A stretch of DNA of 64,000 nucleotides from an uncultured Verrucomicrobiae bacterium. Its GTDB lineage: Bacteria > Verrucomicrobiota > Verrucomicrobiia > Limisphaerales > Palsa-1400. This document shows positions 55,421-63,522 of the stretch, one piece after another; position 1 is the first letter of the stretch, and the number at the start of each line of letters is the position of its first letter. Made by a program: the position numbers and the translations under genes. Below the pieces are notes generated by a model, which was given only the letters and a program-made list of their open reading frames with translations, had not been told where the DNA came from and made no database searches. Where the stretch lies: assembly GCA_963702845.1 (NCBI GenBank), contig OY969763.1, positions 1,408,001 to 1,472,000 of the forward strand. Direction: 5' to 3'.

Positions 55421-56794
55421 TTATGGCGCTTCGTCCTGAATAAAGGTTTGAACTTTAAAACGGCTTGCGACGAAAACAAAAACGACGGCTGCCACAACCA
55501 TTAGACATCCAAAGAACAGGTAGTATTCTGCTCCCTCTAAAATAAGTTTGCCATTTACCTTGTTGAACTTATTCACCAACGCCGTGAAGAGATTTCCCAT
55601 TGTTACCGCGCTCAACCAAACGGCTAGCATCAGTGACTTCAGTTTCTTGGGCGCTTGCGTGTAATAAAATTCCAAACCGGTAATTGAGATTAGAATTTCC
55701 GCCGCGGTAATAAAGAAATAGGCCAGCACGTGCCACCAGGCGCTTGGGGCGAAGCCTTGAGTAATCCGATGTTCAACCCAAGCCGTAATAAAAAAGGAAG
55801 GGATCGCCACGATAAATCCCAAAGTCATCTTTCTTAATGGTGTGACTGTAAAAAATCTATTGAGGTACGGATAAACAAAGTAAGAGAAAACGGGAATGAA
55901 CAGCACAACGAAAATGGGATTAATCGCTTGTAGTTGCGACGCCAGCCAAACGTGGCCGAAGATTTGGCGATCCATTTTTTCTGCCTGAAGTACCCAAGCC
56001 GATGAGCTTTGGTCAAACAATGACCAGAAAATCGCGACAAAAATATTCAGCAACAGAAGCCGGCCGATGACGCGTAATCCAACCGGACCGACTGCTTCTT
56101 TCAAGAACGATGTTCCAGCGGGAGGGATGTGGACGAATTTGTTGCGGCCAATCCAAAAAACGCCCGTCGCCAGTAACATTAGCACCCCCGGGATCGCAAA
56201 CGCGAGATGCGGGCCTTTGTCATTTAGCACTACGGGAATCCAAATTGTGGAAATCGTGGAGCCCAAATTGATGGCAAAATAGAACCAACTGTATACTCGT
56301 GGAAGAAGGCTTTGGTTCGACGCGCCAAACTGATCTCCAACGTGTGCGGACACGCATGGCTTGATCCCGCCCGCGCCGAACGCAATTAAAGACAGCCCAA
56401 CAAAAAGCCCAGTACGGGTTGCGTCCAGAGCCAAGGCGAGATGTCCCAAACAGTAAACCAAAGAGAGGATTAAGATGGTTCGATACTTGCCGAGAAAGGC
56501 ATCGGCTAGAATTGCTCCAAGAAACGGCAGAAAGTAAACGCTTGAGACAAACAGGTGATACCAATACTTGGCATCTGATTCATCCATTACTTCCAGTGCA
56601 CCGTTTCGCCCCAACAAATAATGCGTCATGAAAACGACGAGAATCGCTCTCATGCCGTAATAGCTAAACCGCTCCGCTCCTTCGTTCCCGACGATGTAGG
56701 GAATGCCGGTCGGCATCCGATCTGATTTGACGGGAGCCGTCAGGTAGCCGTGTTTGGCGGCGTAGCGGCGGAATGCTTCGACGGGGTTGAACAC
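55421..56794 (-). CDS. POT/PTR family proton-dependent oligopeptide transporter
   Basis: EGAERFSYYGMR (ExxER), GGIKPCVSAHVGDQF, FYFAINLGS. Confidence 0.95.
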   Translation of the reverse strand: MFNPVEAFRRYAAKHGYLTAPVKSDRMPTGIPYIVGNEGAERFSYYGMRAILVVFMTHYLLGRNGALEVMDESDAKYWYHLFVSSVYFLPFLGAILADAFLGKYRTILILSLVYCLGHLALALDATRTGLFVGLSLIAFGAGGIKPCVSAHVGDQFGASNQSLLPRVYSWFYFAINLGSTISTIWIPVVLNDKGPHLAFAIPGVLMLLATGVFWIGRNKFVHIPPAGTSFLKEAVGPVGLRVIGRLLLLNIFVAIFWSLFDQSSSAWVLQAEKMDRQIFGHVWLASQLQAINPIFVVLFIPVFSYFVYPYLNRFFTVTPLRKMTLGFIVAIPSFFITAWVEHRITQGFAPSAWWHVLAYFFITAAEILISITGLEFYYTQAPKKLKSLMLAVWLSAVTMGNLFTALVNKFNKVNGKLILEGAEYYLFFGCLMVVAAVVFVFVASRFKVQTFIQDEAP

Positions 56795-56831
56795 GGGACA
56801 AATTAAGAATTAACAGTTGCATTAAAAAGGC

Positions 56832-56865
56832 AAAAGTTCCGCGCAACCTGTGTCGCGCGGAACTT
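56832..56865 (-). terminator. Intrinsic terminator downstream of the YlbF-family gene
   Basis: AAGTTCCGCGC-N10-GCGCGGAACTT stem followed on the minus strand by TTGCCTTTTT. Confidence 0.7.
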
Positions 56866-56897
56866 GTTAAATTTTGCCTTCTTAGTTCTTAATTGAA

Positions 56898-57305
56898 TTA
56901 GTGGCAGCCGCAGCCAGAGCCGCAGGAGCCGCCTTCAAAATCTTTTTCTTCCGGCAAACGGCCGAGTTCGAAAGTCTTGGTGAGATATTTATTTACGGAA
57001 TCCTGCATCTCGTGCATTTGCTGTTGGGCTTCCACGAAATTTTTCGCGACAGGATTACTGAAGAACTTCTCGCGTTGCTTCTCGAACGCTTCGACTTCCG
57101 TGTTTTCAAGCTGCACGCCTTGTTGTTGCTTATGCTGCAGGTATTGACCTTTTTCGCTGAGGTCCTGGTACATCTGCTGCGCTTCGGTGTTGATCATGAA
57201 TTTGTCCATGTTCGCGCGGATGGTCTGAAACTCGGGCTGTTTCAAAATCGTTTCGCAAAGTTCGCGCGTCTTCTGGATCAACGTTTCATTGGTCTGTGTA
57301 TGCAT
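56898..57305 (-). CDS. YlbF/YmcA (Com_YlbF) family protein with Cys-rich tail
   Basis: Helical Gln/Glu-rich body (ELCETI...NPVAKNFVEAQ) ending GGSCGSGCGCH; promoter TTGCCA-N17-GATACT at 57345-57317. Confidence 0.8.
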   Translation of the reverse strand: MHTQTNETLIQKTRELCETILKQPEFQTIRANMDKFMINTEAQQMYQDLSEKGQYLQHKQQQGVQLENTEVEAFEKQREKFFSNPVAKNFVEAQQQMHEMQDSVNKYLTKTFELGRLPEEKDFEGGSCGSGCGCH

Positions 57306-57522
57306 AAAGGTATATCAGTATCGGCGAGTGGCCGCTTTTTGGCAATCTGCCAGCAAGCCATGGCGGGAGCCAGTCGAATTATATAACGGAGCGGTATTCA
57401 GTGACTTGAAACCGTAAGGGGTCGCAACTCGCTCTCCTTACAAATGTGTAGGGCATTCCCCCTCAGGTAAAACCATGATTCACCTTGCAGACGCTTTTAC
57501 GACGCTGGTCTATTCTGGCGTC

Positions 57523-57571
57523 GCAGTAGAGTTAGTTTTCATAGGCGCCCCGGGTGGGGCGCCATTTTTTT
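57523..57571 (+). ncRNA. Candidate small RNA, copy 1 (~48 nt: single-stranded 5' segment plus terminator)
   Basis: TATTCT -10 at 57511; GCAGTAGAGTTAGTTTTCATA then GGCGCCCC-GGGT-GGGGCGCC and a T-run; 39/41 identical to copy 2. Confidence 0.65.
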
Positions 57572-57796
57572 GCCCGCGAAGAGTTTGCTTTGGCCTGTTC
57601 ATGTTCTGGTTTGCATTCCGACTTCTGTTTGTCAGTTTCGAACATCAGAACATCTCGGGCTTGCTTCTACAGTTCGGTCAGGAGCCTCCATTAACAGGTC
57701 GTAAGGCCTGACCCGAGGTTGTAGGGCCAAACCTTCCAACACAAACCTCAGTTCCCCTTGCAGACACAATTTCCGCTCTTACCTATGCTAGGCAGC

Positions 57797-57843
57797 GCAG
57801 TAGAGTTAGTATTCACAGGCGCCCCGGGTGGGGCGCTTTTTTT
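57797..57843 (+). ncRNA. Candidate small RNA, copy 2
   Basis: TATGCT -10 at 57784; GCAGTAGAGTTAGTATTCACA then GGCGCCCC-GGGT-GGGGCGCT and a T-run. Confidence 0.65.
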
Positions 57844-57963
57844 GTGTACGCAGCAGTCCGCGTGATTGCGCTCTCAGTGGCGGGGCGAAGATCAAAATAC
57901 ATTTGTGCAATAGCGCGGCGGGTCTACAATCGCCATCACACCAGAAGAATCGAACAAAAAAAC

Positions 57964-58923
57964 ATGAATCGTATTGCCTATTCCCTGCTTTGCGCGCTCG
58001 CATTCGCATCCACCGCATGTTTGGGCGGAGAACTGAATTTTTCACTCGCACCAAATTTCTTTGAACATGATCCCGATCACCAGCCGCTTGGCCCGTGCCA
58101 TGGTGGGGTGGTAATTGATAAGGCCGGGAACATGTATGTGACGACCGACACCGCGCGCGGCATCGTGGTGTTTACGCCGAAAGGTAAATTCCTGCGCGCC
58201 TTTGGTCCAAAAGGGCTTCACGGCCTGGAACTTCGGAAAGAAGGTGGCAAGGAATATATCTACGGGGCGCGCCCGGGGGACCATGAAGTCGTAAAGATCA
58301 ATCTAGCCGGCGAAACTCAATGGACGATCACTTGCCCGATGGAGTCAGGCATTTTTAAAGAAGCGAAAGATTTCCATCCGTGCGCGGTCACGGTCGGACC
58401 CGATGGCGCCATCTTCGTCGCCGATGGCTATGGATCGAACTACGTTCTGAAATTTGATAAAAACCGCAAATTCGTAAAGGCCTTCGGCGGTCCCGGAGAA
58501 GCGGAAGGAAAATTCAAAACGTGCCATGGAATTGCGCTGGACACGCGACTGAAAAAACCGCTCTTGCTCATTTGCAACCGCAACAACAATCGGGTCGAGT
58601 ATTGGGACCTTGACGGTAACTTCGTCAAAGTGATCCAAAAAGATCTCCGGATGCCAGCCGCCGTAAATATCCGTGGCAAGTACGCCGTGTTTCCCGAATT
58701 ACAGGGACGGGTCACCGTCCTCGACGAAAAAGGCAACATCGCCGCGCAAGTGGGAGACAATCCCAACGACAAACAGCGCGCCAATTTTGGGTTGCCGCCC
58801 GATCAATGGAAAGATGGGATCTGCAACTCGCCGCACGGAGCCTCGATCGACAAGGACGGAAATCTGATTGTTACGGAATGGAGCAAATTTGGCCGAGTGC
58901 AAAAATTCGTCCGGACAAAATAG
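57964..58923 (+). CDS. Secreted NHL-repeat six-bladed beta-propeller protein
   Basis: Signal peptide; FVADGYGSNYV, FKTCHGIALD, CNRNNNR, SPHGA. Confidence 0.85.
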   Translation: MNRIAYSLLCALAFASTACLGGELNFSLAPNFFEHDPDHQPLGPCHGGVVIDKAGNMYVTTDTARGIVVFTPKGKFLRAFGPKGLHGLELRKEGGKEYIYGARPGDHEVVKINLAGETQWTITCPMESGIFKEAKDFHPCAVTVGPDGAIFVADGYGSNYVLKFDKNRKFVKAFGGPGEAEGKFKTCHGIALDTRLKKPLLLICNRNNNRVEYWDLDGNFVKVIQKDLRMPAAVNIRGKYAVFPELQGRVTVLDEKGNIAAQVGDNPNDKQRANFGLPPDQWKDGICNSPHGASIDKDGNLIVTEWSKFGRVQKFVRTK

Positions 58924-59096
58924 GGCATTGCAGTCGAGGGCTAGACTGGAAACCGGAGCGGTGGGAACCTCGGTAACACTTATGGCACCCACCGGATAGG
59001 CGCGGTACCCGGTTTCGTTCTTGTTCTCTGCTTTGCGATGGAACGATGCGACCTTGCCATATTGACCTTCCGGCCAGATTTAATACGCTTCGCTGG

Positions 59097-59786
59097 ATGA
59101 TTATTGCGCCATCATTGCTCGCCGCAGATTTCACCGAGTTTGGCAAGGAAGCCGCACGTGTGGAAAAGGCCGGCGCCGATTGGTTGCACCTCGACATCAT
59201 GGACGGCCATTTCGTGCCGAACATTTCCTTCGGCCCGGCCGTGGTCAAAGCCATTCGTCCTTGCTGCAAAATGGTGTTCGACGTCCACCTGATGTGCACA
59301 CGTCCGGAAATCCTGCTCGAACCGTTTGCCAAAGCCGGCGCCGACCGCATCACCGTCCACGTCGAACTCGGCGAACAGGTTCCGTCTTTATTCTGGAAAA
59401 TCCGCAATCTCGGCAAAGAAGTTGGACTGTCGATCAACCCTCCGACCGCGATGGCCGCCGTTGAGCCATATTTAAAAGACGTCGATTCTTTGTTGATCAT
59501 GACCGTGAACCCTGGCTTCGGTGGCCAGGAATTCATCACCGAAACTTTGACGAAGGTTCAGCAGGCCTACGCCTGGCGACAGGAACGCGGGCTTAAATAC
59601 AAAATTGCTGTCGATGGCGGCATTCAATTCGAAACCGCCGCCGAATGCGCCCGCGCCGGAGCAGATACTTTTATTAGCGGGACGGGGTTGTTTGGGCAAC
59701 ACAGCTTGGCCGCTGCCATCAAAAAAATGCGCAAAATTGTCGAACGATCGGCTCCGATACAGGGCGAAATTCAGTTCAATCCCTGA
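59097..59786 (+). CDS. rpe: Ribulose-phosphate 3-epimerase
   Basis: IAPSLLAADF, HLDIMDGHFVPN, DVHLM, MTVNPGFGGQ, VDGG. Confidence 0.97.
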   Translation: MIIAPSLLAADFTEFGKEAARVEKAGADWLHLDIMDGHFVPNISFGPAVVKAIRPCCKMVFDVHLMCTRPEILLEPFAKAGADRITVHVELGEQVPSLFWKIRNLGKEVGLSINPPTAMAAVEPYLKDVDSLLIMTVNPGFGGQEFITETLTKVQQAYAWRQERGLKYKIAVDGGIQFETAAECARAGADTFISGTGLFGQHSLAAAIKKMRKIVERSAPIQGEIQFNP

Positions 59787-59847
59787 TACCAATATCGCCC
59801 GAGGATTGTTACTCACCACTGACGACAGACAACTGACCACTGATACT

Positions 59848-61263
59848 ATGGCAGACATCAAATTTGGCACCGACGGCTGGCGCGCAGTAATCGCCGAAGA
59901 TTTCACTTTCGCCAATCTCGATCGTGTTACGCAGGCGACCGCTGATTATTGGAATGCGAACGTTAACGGATTCGGGCGCAAAGCGATCGTCGGCTACGAC
60001 CGCCGTTTTCTTTCGGACAAATTCGCGCTGCGCGTGGCCGAAGTGTTGGCCGGTAATAATTTTGAGGTTCACCTGACCGATCGTCCGACGCCGACGCCAT
60101 CCGTCTCCTACGGCGCGAAGGACCAAAAAGCCGTCGGCGGCGTGATGATCACTGCCAGCCACAATCCGCCAATGTTCAACGGGTTTAAGTTGAAGGCGTA
60201 TTATGGCGGTTCTGCCGACCCAACGATTTGCCAAGCAGTTGAAAAGGAATTGGACAAAACGCCAGCGAAGGAAGCGAAAGCCGAAGACGCCATCGCATCT
60301 GGCAAAATCAAAATCCGCGACATTCGCCCCGCGCATTACAACGCGATCAAAAAACTCGTCGACTTCAAACTCATCGCCAAAAGCAAACTGCGCTTTGCGC
60401 ATGAAGCTTTGTTCGGTGTCGGCGCCGGTTGCTTCGACGAAATGCTCAAGGGCACAACGTGTCGCGTCACTACGCTCAATGGTCGTCATGATGTTAATTT
60501 CGGCGGCATCAATCCCGAGCCGATTGCGAAGAATTACGTCACCAGTTCCGCATACCTCAAGAAGCACCCGCACGACATCTGTCTCGTCACCGATGGGGAC
60601 GCCGATCGCGTCGGCGGAATGGATGGTCGCGGTAATCCGCTGACCACGCACCAGATCATCTGCCTGTTGCTACATCATTTCATCGTCAATCGCAAAGGCC
60701 AAGGCCGCGTCATTAAAGCGCTGACCACCACGTCGATGGTCGACAAAATTTGCGCTGCCTACAACCTGCCGCTAACCGAAACCGGCGTTGGCTTCAAATT
60801 CATCTGTACGGAAATCCTGAAAGGCGACGCATTGCTTGGTTTCGAAGAAAGCGGTGGCATCGGCTACCCCGCGCTCATGCCCGAACGCGATGGCATTGCT
60901 TCCGGGATGATGCTCCTCGAGATGCTCGCGACGGAAAAAACTTCCGTTAACAAACTCCTGGCGCGTTTGGAAAAGCAATTCGGTCCGCATCGCTATGGCC
61001 GAATCGACACCGCCTTCCCGCTGGAGAAGCGCGGCGCGTTGATGGAATTCTGCAAAACCAAACCACCGGCAAAACTGCTGCGTTCACCCCTTGCCGATGT
61101 GAAAACGTTCGACGGCGTCAAATTCGTTGCGCAAGACGGAAGTTGGCTGATGCTGCGCGGTTCCGGCACGGAGCCGATCCTGCGCATTTACGCCGAAGCT
61201 AAATCCGACGCTGACGTAAAAAAACTTCTGCAGGACGGCGTGCGCATTACCAAGCAGGTTTAG
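59848..61263 (+). CDS. Phosphoglucomutase/phosphomannomutase family protein
   Basis: FGTDGWR, ITASHNP, DGDADR, GFEESGG, RGSGTEP. Confidence 0.95.
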   Translation: MADIKFGTDGWRAVIAEDFTFANLDRVTQATADYWNANVNGFGRKAIVGYDRRFLSDKFALRVAEVLAGNNFEVHLTDRPTPTPSVSYGAKDQKAVGGVMITASHNPPMFNGFKLKAYYGGSADPTICQAVEKELDKTPAKEAKAEDAIASGKIKIRDIRPAHYNAIKKLVDFKLIAKSKLRFAHEALFGVGAGCFDEMLKGTTCRVTTLNGRHDVNFGGINPEPIAKNYVTSSAYLKKHPHDICLVTDGDADRVGGMDGRGNPLTTHQIICLLLHHFIVNRKGQGRVIKALTTTSMVDKICAAYNLPLTETGVGFKFICTEILKGDALLGFEESGGIGYPALMPERDGIASGMMLLEMLATEKTSVNKLLARLEKQFGPHRYGRIDTAFPLEKRGALMEFCKTKPPAKLLRSPLADVKTFDGVKFVAQDGSWLMLRGSGTEPILRIYAEAKSDADVKKLLQDGVRITKQV

Positions 61264-61307
61264 CCTTCATTTCCAGCCCCCCTTGGGGAACGGTCAGGCC
61301 GGCGCGA

Positions 61308-61332
61308 TTTTGACGAATTTTTTACGTCAAAA
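61308..61332 (+). promoter_or_regulatory. Putative KdpE-type operator upstream of the kdp operon
   Basis: T-rich direct repeat TTTGACG/TTTTACG 11 bp apart; also reads as palindrome TTTTGACG-N9-CGTCAAAA. Confidence 0.5.
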
Positions 61333-61419
61333 GGCCCCATATTGATTACCCGTCAAAGCGCCTTCACACCACAGTGTCGTTGTAAGAGAAATCGATCGGC
61401 TTGTCCGGTCGCGAGACTT

Positions 61420-61503
61420 ATGACTGATCTTATTTTTATAGGCATTGCCGTCGCGTTCTTCGCCGTGAGCGGGCTTTACACGTGGCTTTGCGAAAAACTC
61501 TAA
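61420..61503 (+). CDS. 27-aa single-TM peptide upstream of kdpF
   Basis: MTDLIFIGIAVAFFAVSGLYTWLCEKL*, 5 nt before kdpF. Confidence 0.7.
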   Translation: MTDLIFIGIAVAFFAVSGLYTWLCEKL

Positions 61504-61508
61504 CATTT

Positions 61509-61592
61509 ATGGAAAACCTCATTGTCGGCGGTGTCGCCCTCGCGCTGTTCATTTATTTGTTCGTGGCAATGGTGCGGCCGGAAAAATTCTAA
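61509..61592 (+). CDS. kdpF: K+-transporting ATPase subunit F
   Basis: MENLIVGGVALALFIYLFVAMVRPEKF* (YL..A...PEKF signature). Confidence 0.92.
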   Translation: MENLIVGGVALALFIYLFVAMVRPEKF

Positions 61593-61599
61593 GGACCTT

Positions 61600-63516
61600 A
61601 TGCAATCTTCAGGCTGGATTCAATTTGTCATCTTCATCGTTGCTCTGACGGCGATCACGAAACCGATGGGGCTTTATTTAATGCAGGTGCTCGATGCGAA
61701 GGGGCGGACGTGGTTCGACCCGGTGCTGCGGCCGTTGGAACGGTTGACGTATCGCGTCATGGGTGTGGATCCGAACAAGGAGCACGATTGGAAGCATTAC
61801 ACATGGGCAATGCTACTGTTTAGTCTGGTCGGCTGTTTGTTCACCTACGCGATTTTGCGACTGCAGCACCTGCTGCCATTGAACCCGCAGGGGTTTGGTG
61901 CGCTTTCGCCGGATTTGGCGTTTAACACGGCGGTCAGTTTTACGACGAACACGAATTGGCAGTCGTACTCCGGCGAATCCACCATGTCTTATTTGTCTCA
62001 GATGGTTGGGCTGGTATTCCACAATTTTACGTCTGCGGCGGTGGGCATCGCGATTGCGGCGGCGTTGGTGCGGGGGATTGCGCGGCATTCGATTAAGACG
62101 ATCGGGAATTTCTGGGTAGACCTGGTGCGCGTGACCTATTACCTGCTGCTGCCGATTTGCGTGGTGTTTGCGGTGGTGTTGGTGTCGCAAGGGATGATTC
62201 AGAATTTCAAGCCTTACACAAAAGCGAAGTTAACGGAGTCATTCACAATTCAAGTTCCGAAGACGGACGATAAAGGGCAGCCGGTGACGACGAATGTGGT
62301 GGTGATGGTGCAGACGCCCAAGTTGGACGCGCAGGGCAAGCCGGTTGTGGAAAATGGCGCGACGCTGATGGTGAATGTTCCGCAATTGGATGCGAAGGGA
62401 CAGCCGGTGATGACGAATATGCCGGTGATGGTGGACCAGAAGGTGGAGGAGCAAGTTATTCCGCAAGGGCCAATGGCGTCGCAGGTGGCGATCAAGATGT
62501 TGGGGACGAACGGCGGCGGTTATGCCAATGCGAATGCGGCGCATCCATTTGAAAATCCGACACCGCTTTCGAATTTTTTACAGATGTTGTCAATTTTTTC
62601 GATTGGCAGCGGGTTGACTTATTACCTGGGTCGAATGGTGAAGAATCAGCGGCACGGATGGACGGTTTGGGGCGTGATGATGGCGCTATTTATTGCGGGC
62701 GTGTTGTTGTGCTGGTGGGCTGAATCAGCGGGCAATCCGATTCACCAGCATCTAGGTGTGGCTGTGGCGGATGGGAATATGGAAGGTAAGGAAGTCCGCT
62801 TTGGAATCTTCAACTCTGCGCTGTTTGCCACAGTGACGACCGATGCTTCGTGCGGGGCAGTCAATTCGATGCACGATTCCTTCACTGCGCTCGGTGGGTT
62901 TGTGCCGCTATTCAATATCCAGCTCGGTGAAATTATTTTCGGCGGCGTTGGCGCGGGACTTTACGGCATGTTGGTGTTCGTCATTCTTGCCGTGTTCATT
63001 GCGGGGCTAATGGTTGGACGCACGCCGGAATATATCGGTAAAAAAATCGAATCGTATGAAGTTAAAATGGCGATGTTAGCTTTGCTGATTCTCGCCATCG
63101 ACATCCTTGTGTTCTCAGCCTGGGCATCGGTCAGTCAATCGGGTTTGGCTGGCCTGAACAACAATGGACCGCATGGGCTGAGCGAAATGCTTTATGCATT
63201 CAGCTCCGCCACTGGAAACAACGGCAGCGCGTTCGCCGGACTGACAGCCAACACACCGTGGTACAACACAACCCTGGGCATCGCCATGCTGATTGGCCGA
63301 TTCCTGATGATTGTTCCGATCATGGCGATTGCCGGGTCCCTGGCACGGAAGAAAGTCGCGCCCGCGAGCGCGGGGACATTTCCGGTTTCGGGTGGAACGT
63401 TTTTCATTTTGCTGACCGGCACGGTCATTCTGATTGGGGCCTTAAACTTTCTACCCGTGCTGACACTTGGCCCGGTCGTCGAACATTTCCTGACATTGCA
63501 GGGAAAACTCTTTTAA
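61600..63516 (+). CDS. kdpA: K+-transporting ATPase subunit A, with repeat insertion
   Basis: NTAVSFTTNTNWQSY, GTNGGG, GAVNSMHDS, NNGSAFAGL. Confidence 0.98.
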   Translation: MQSSGWIQFVIFIVALTAITKPMGLYLMQVLDAKGRTWFDPVLRPLERLTYRVMGVDPNKEHDWKHYTWAMLLFSLVGCLFTYAILRLQHLLPLNPQGFGALSPDLAFNTAVSFTTNTNWQSYSGESTMSYLSQMVGLVFHNFTSAAVGIAIAAALVRGIARHSIKTIGNFWVDLVRVTYYLLLPICVVFAVVLVSQGMIQNFKPYTKAKLTESFTIQVPKTDDKGQPVTTNVVVMVQTPKLDAQGKPVVENGATLMVNVPQLDAKGQPVMTNMPVMVDQKVEEQVIPQGPMASQVAIKMLGTNGGGYANANAAHPFENPTPLSNFLQMLSIFSIGSGLTYYLGRMVKNQRHGWTVWGVMMALFIAGVLLCWWAESAGNPIHQHLGVAVADGNMEGKEVRFGIFNSALFATVTTDASCGAVNSMHDSFTALGGFVPLFNIQLGEIIFGGVGAGLYGMLVFVILAVFIAGLMVGRTPEYIGKKIESYEVKMAMLALLILAIDILVFSAWASVSQSGLAGLNNNGPHGLSEMLYAFSSATGNNGSAFAGLTANTPWYNTTLGIAMLIGRFLMIVPIMAIAGSLARKKVAPASAGTFPVSGGTFFILLTGTVILIGALNFLPVLTLGPVVEHFLTLQGKLF

Positions 63517-63522
63517 TCGCGT

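Noticed and set aside
57474..57490. sigma54 promoter at the conserved TTGCA
   Set aside because: No TGGCAC -24 element at the required distance in either copy.
57510..57542. Minus-strand micro-ORFs MKTNSTATPE and (V)NTNSTALP... within the repeats
   Set aside because: Lengths and C-termini differ between copies, and promoter and terminator polarity point to + strand transcription. Not fully excluded without Ribo-seq.
57475..57711. 78-aa + strand ORF across the sRNA locus
   Set aside because: It runs through a terminator hairpin and T-run, has no recognisable motifs, and is not preserved in the second unit.
57522..57836. The two 41-nt repeats as a minimal CRISPR array
   Set aside because: Only two copies, ~233 nt apart, each with its own promoter motifs and T-tailed terminator; no cas genes in the window.
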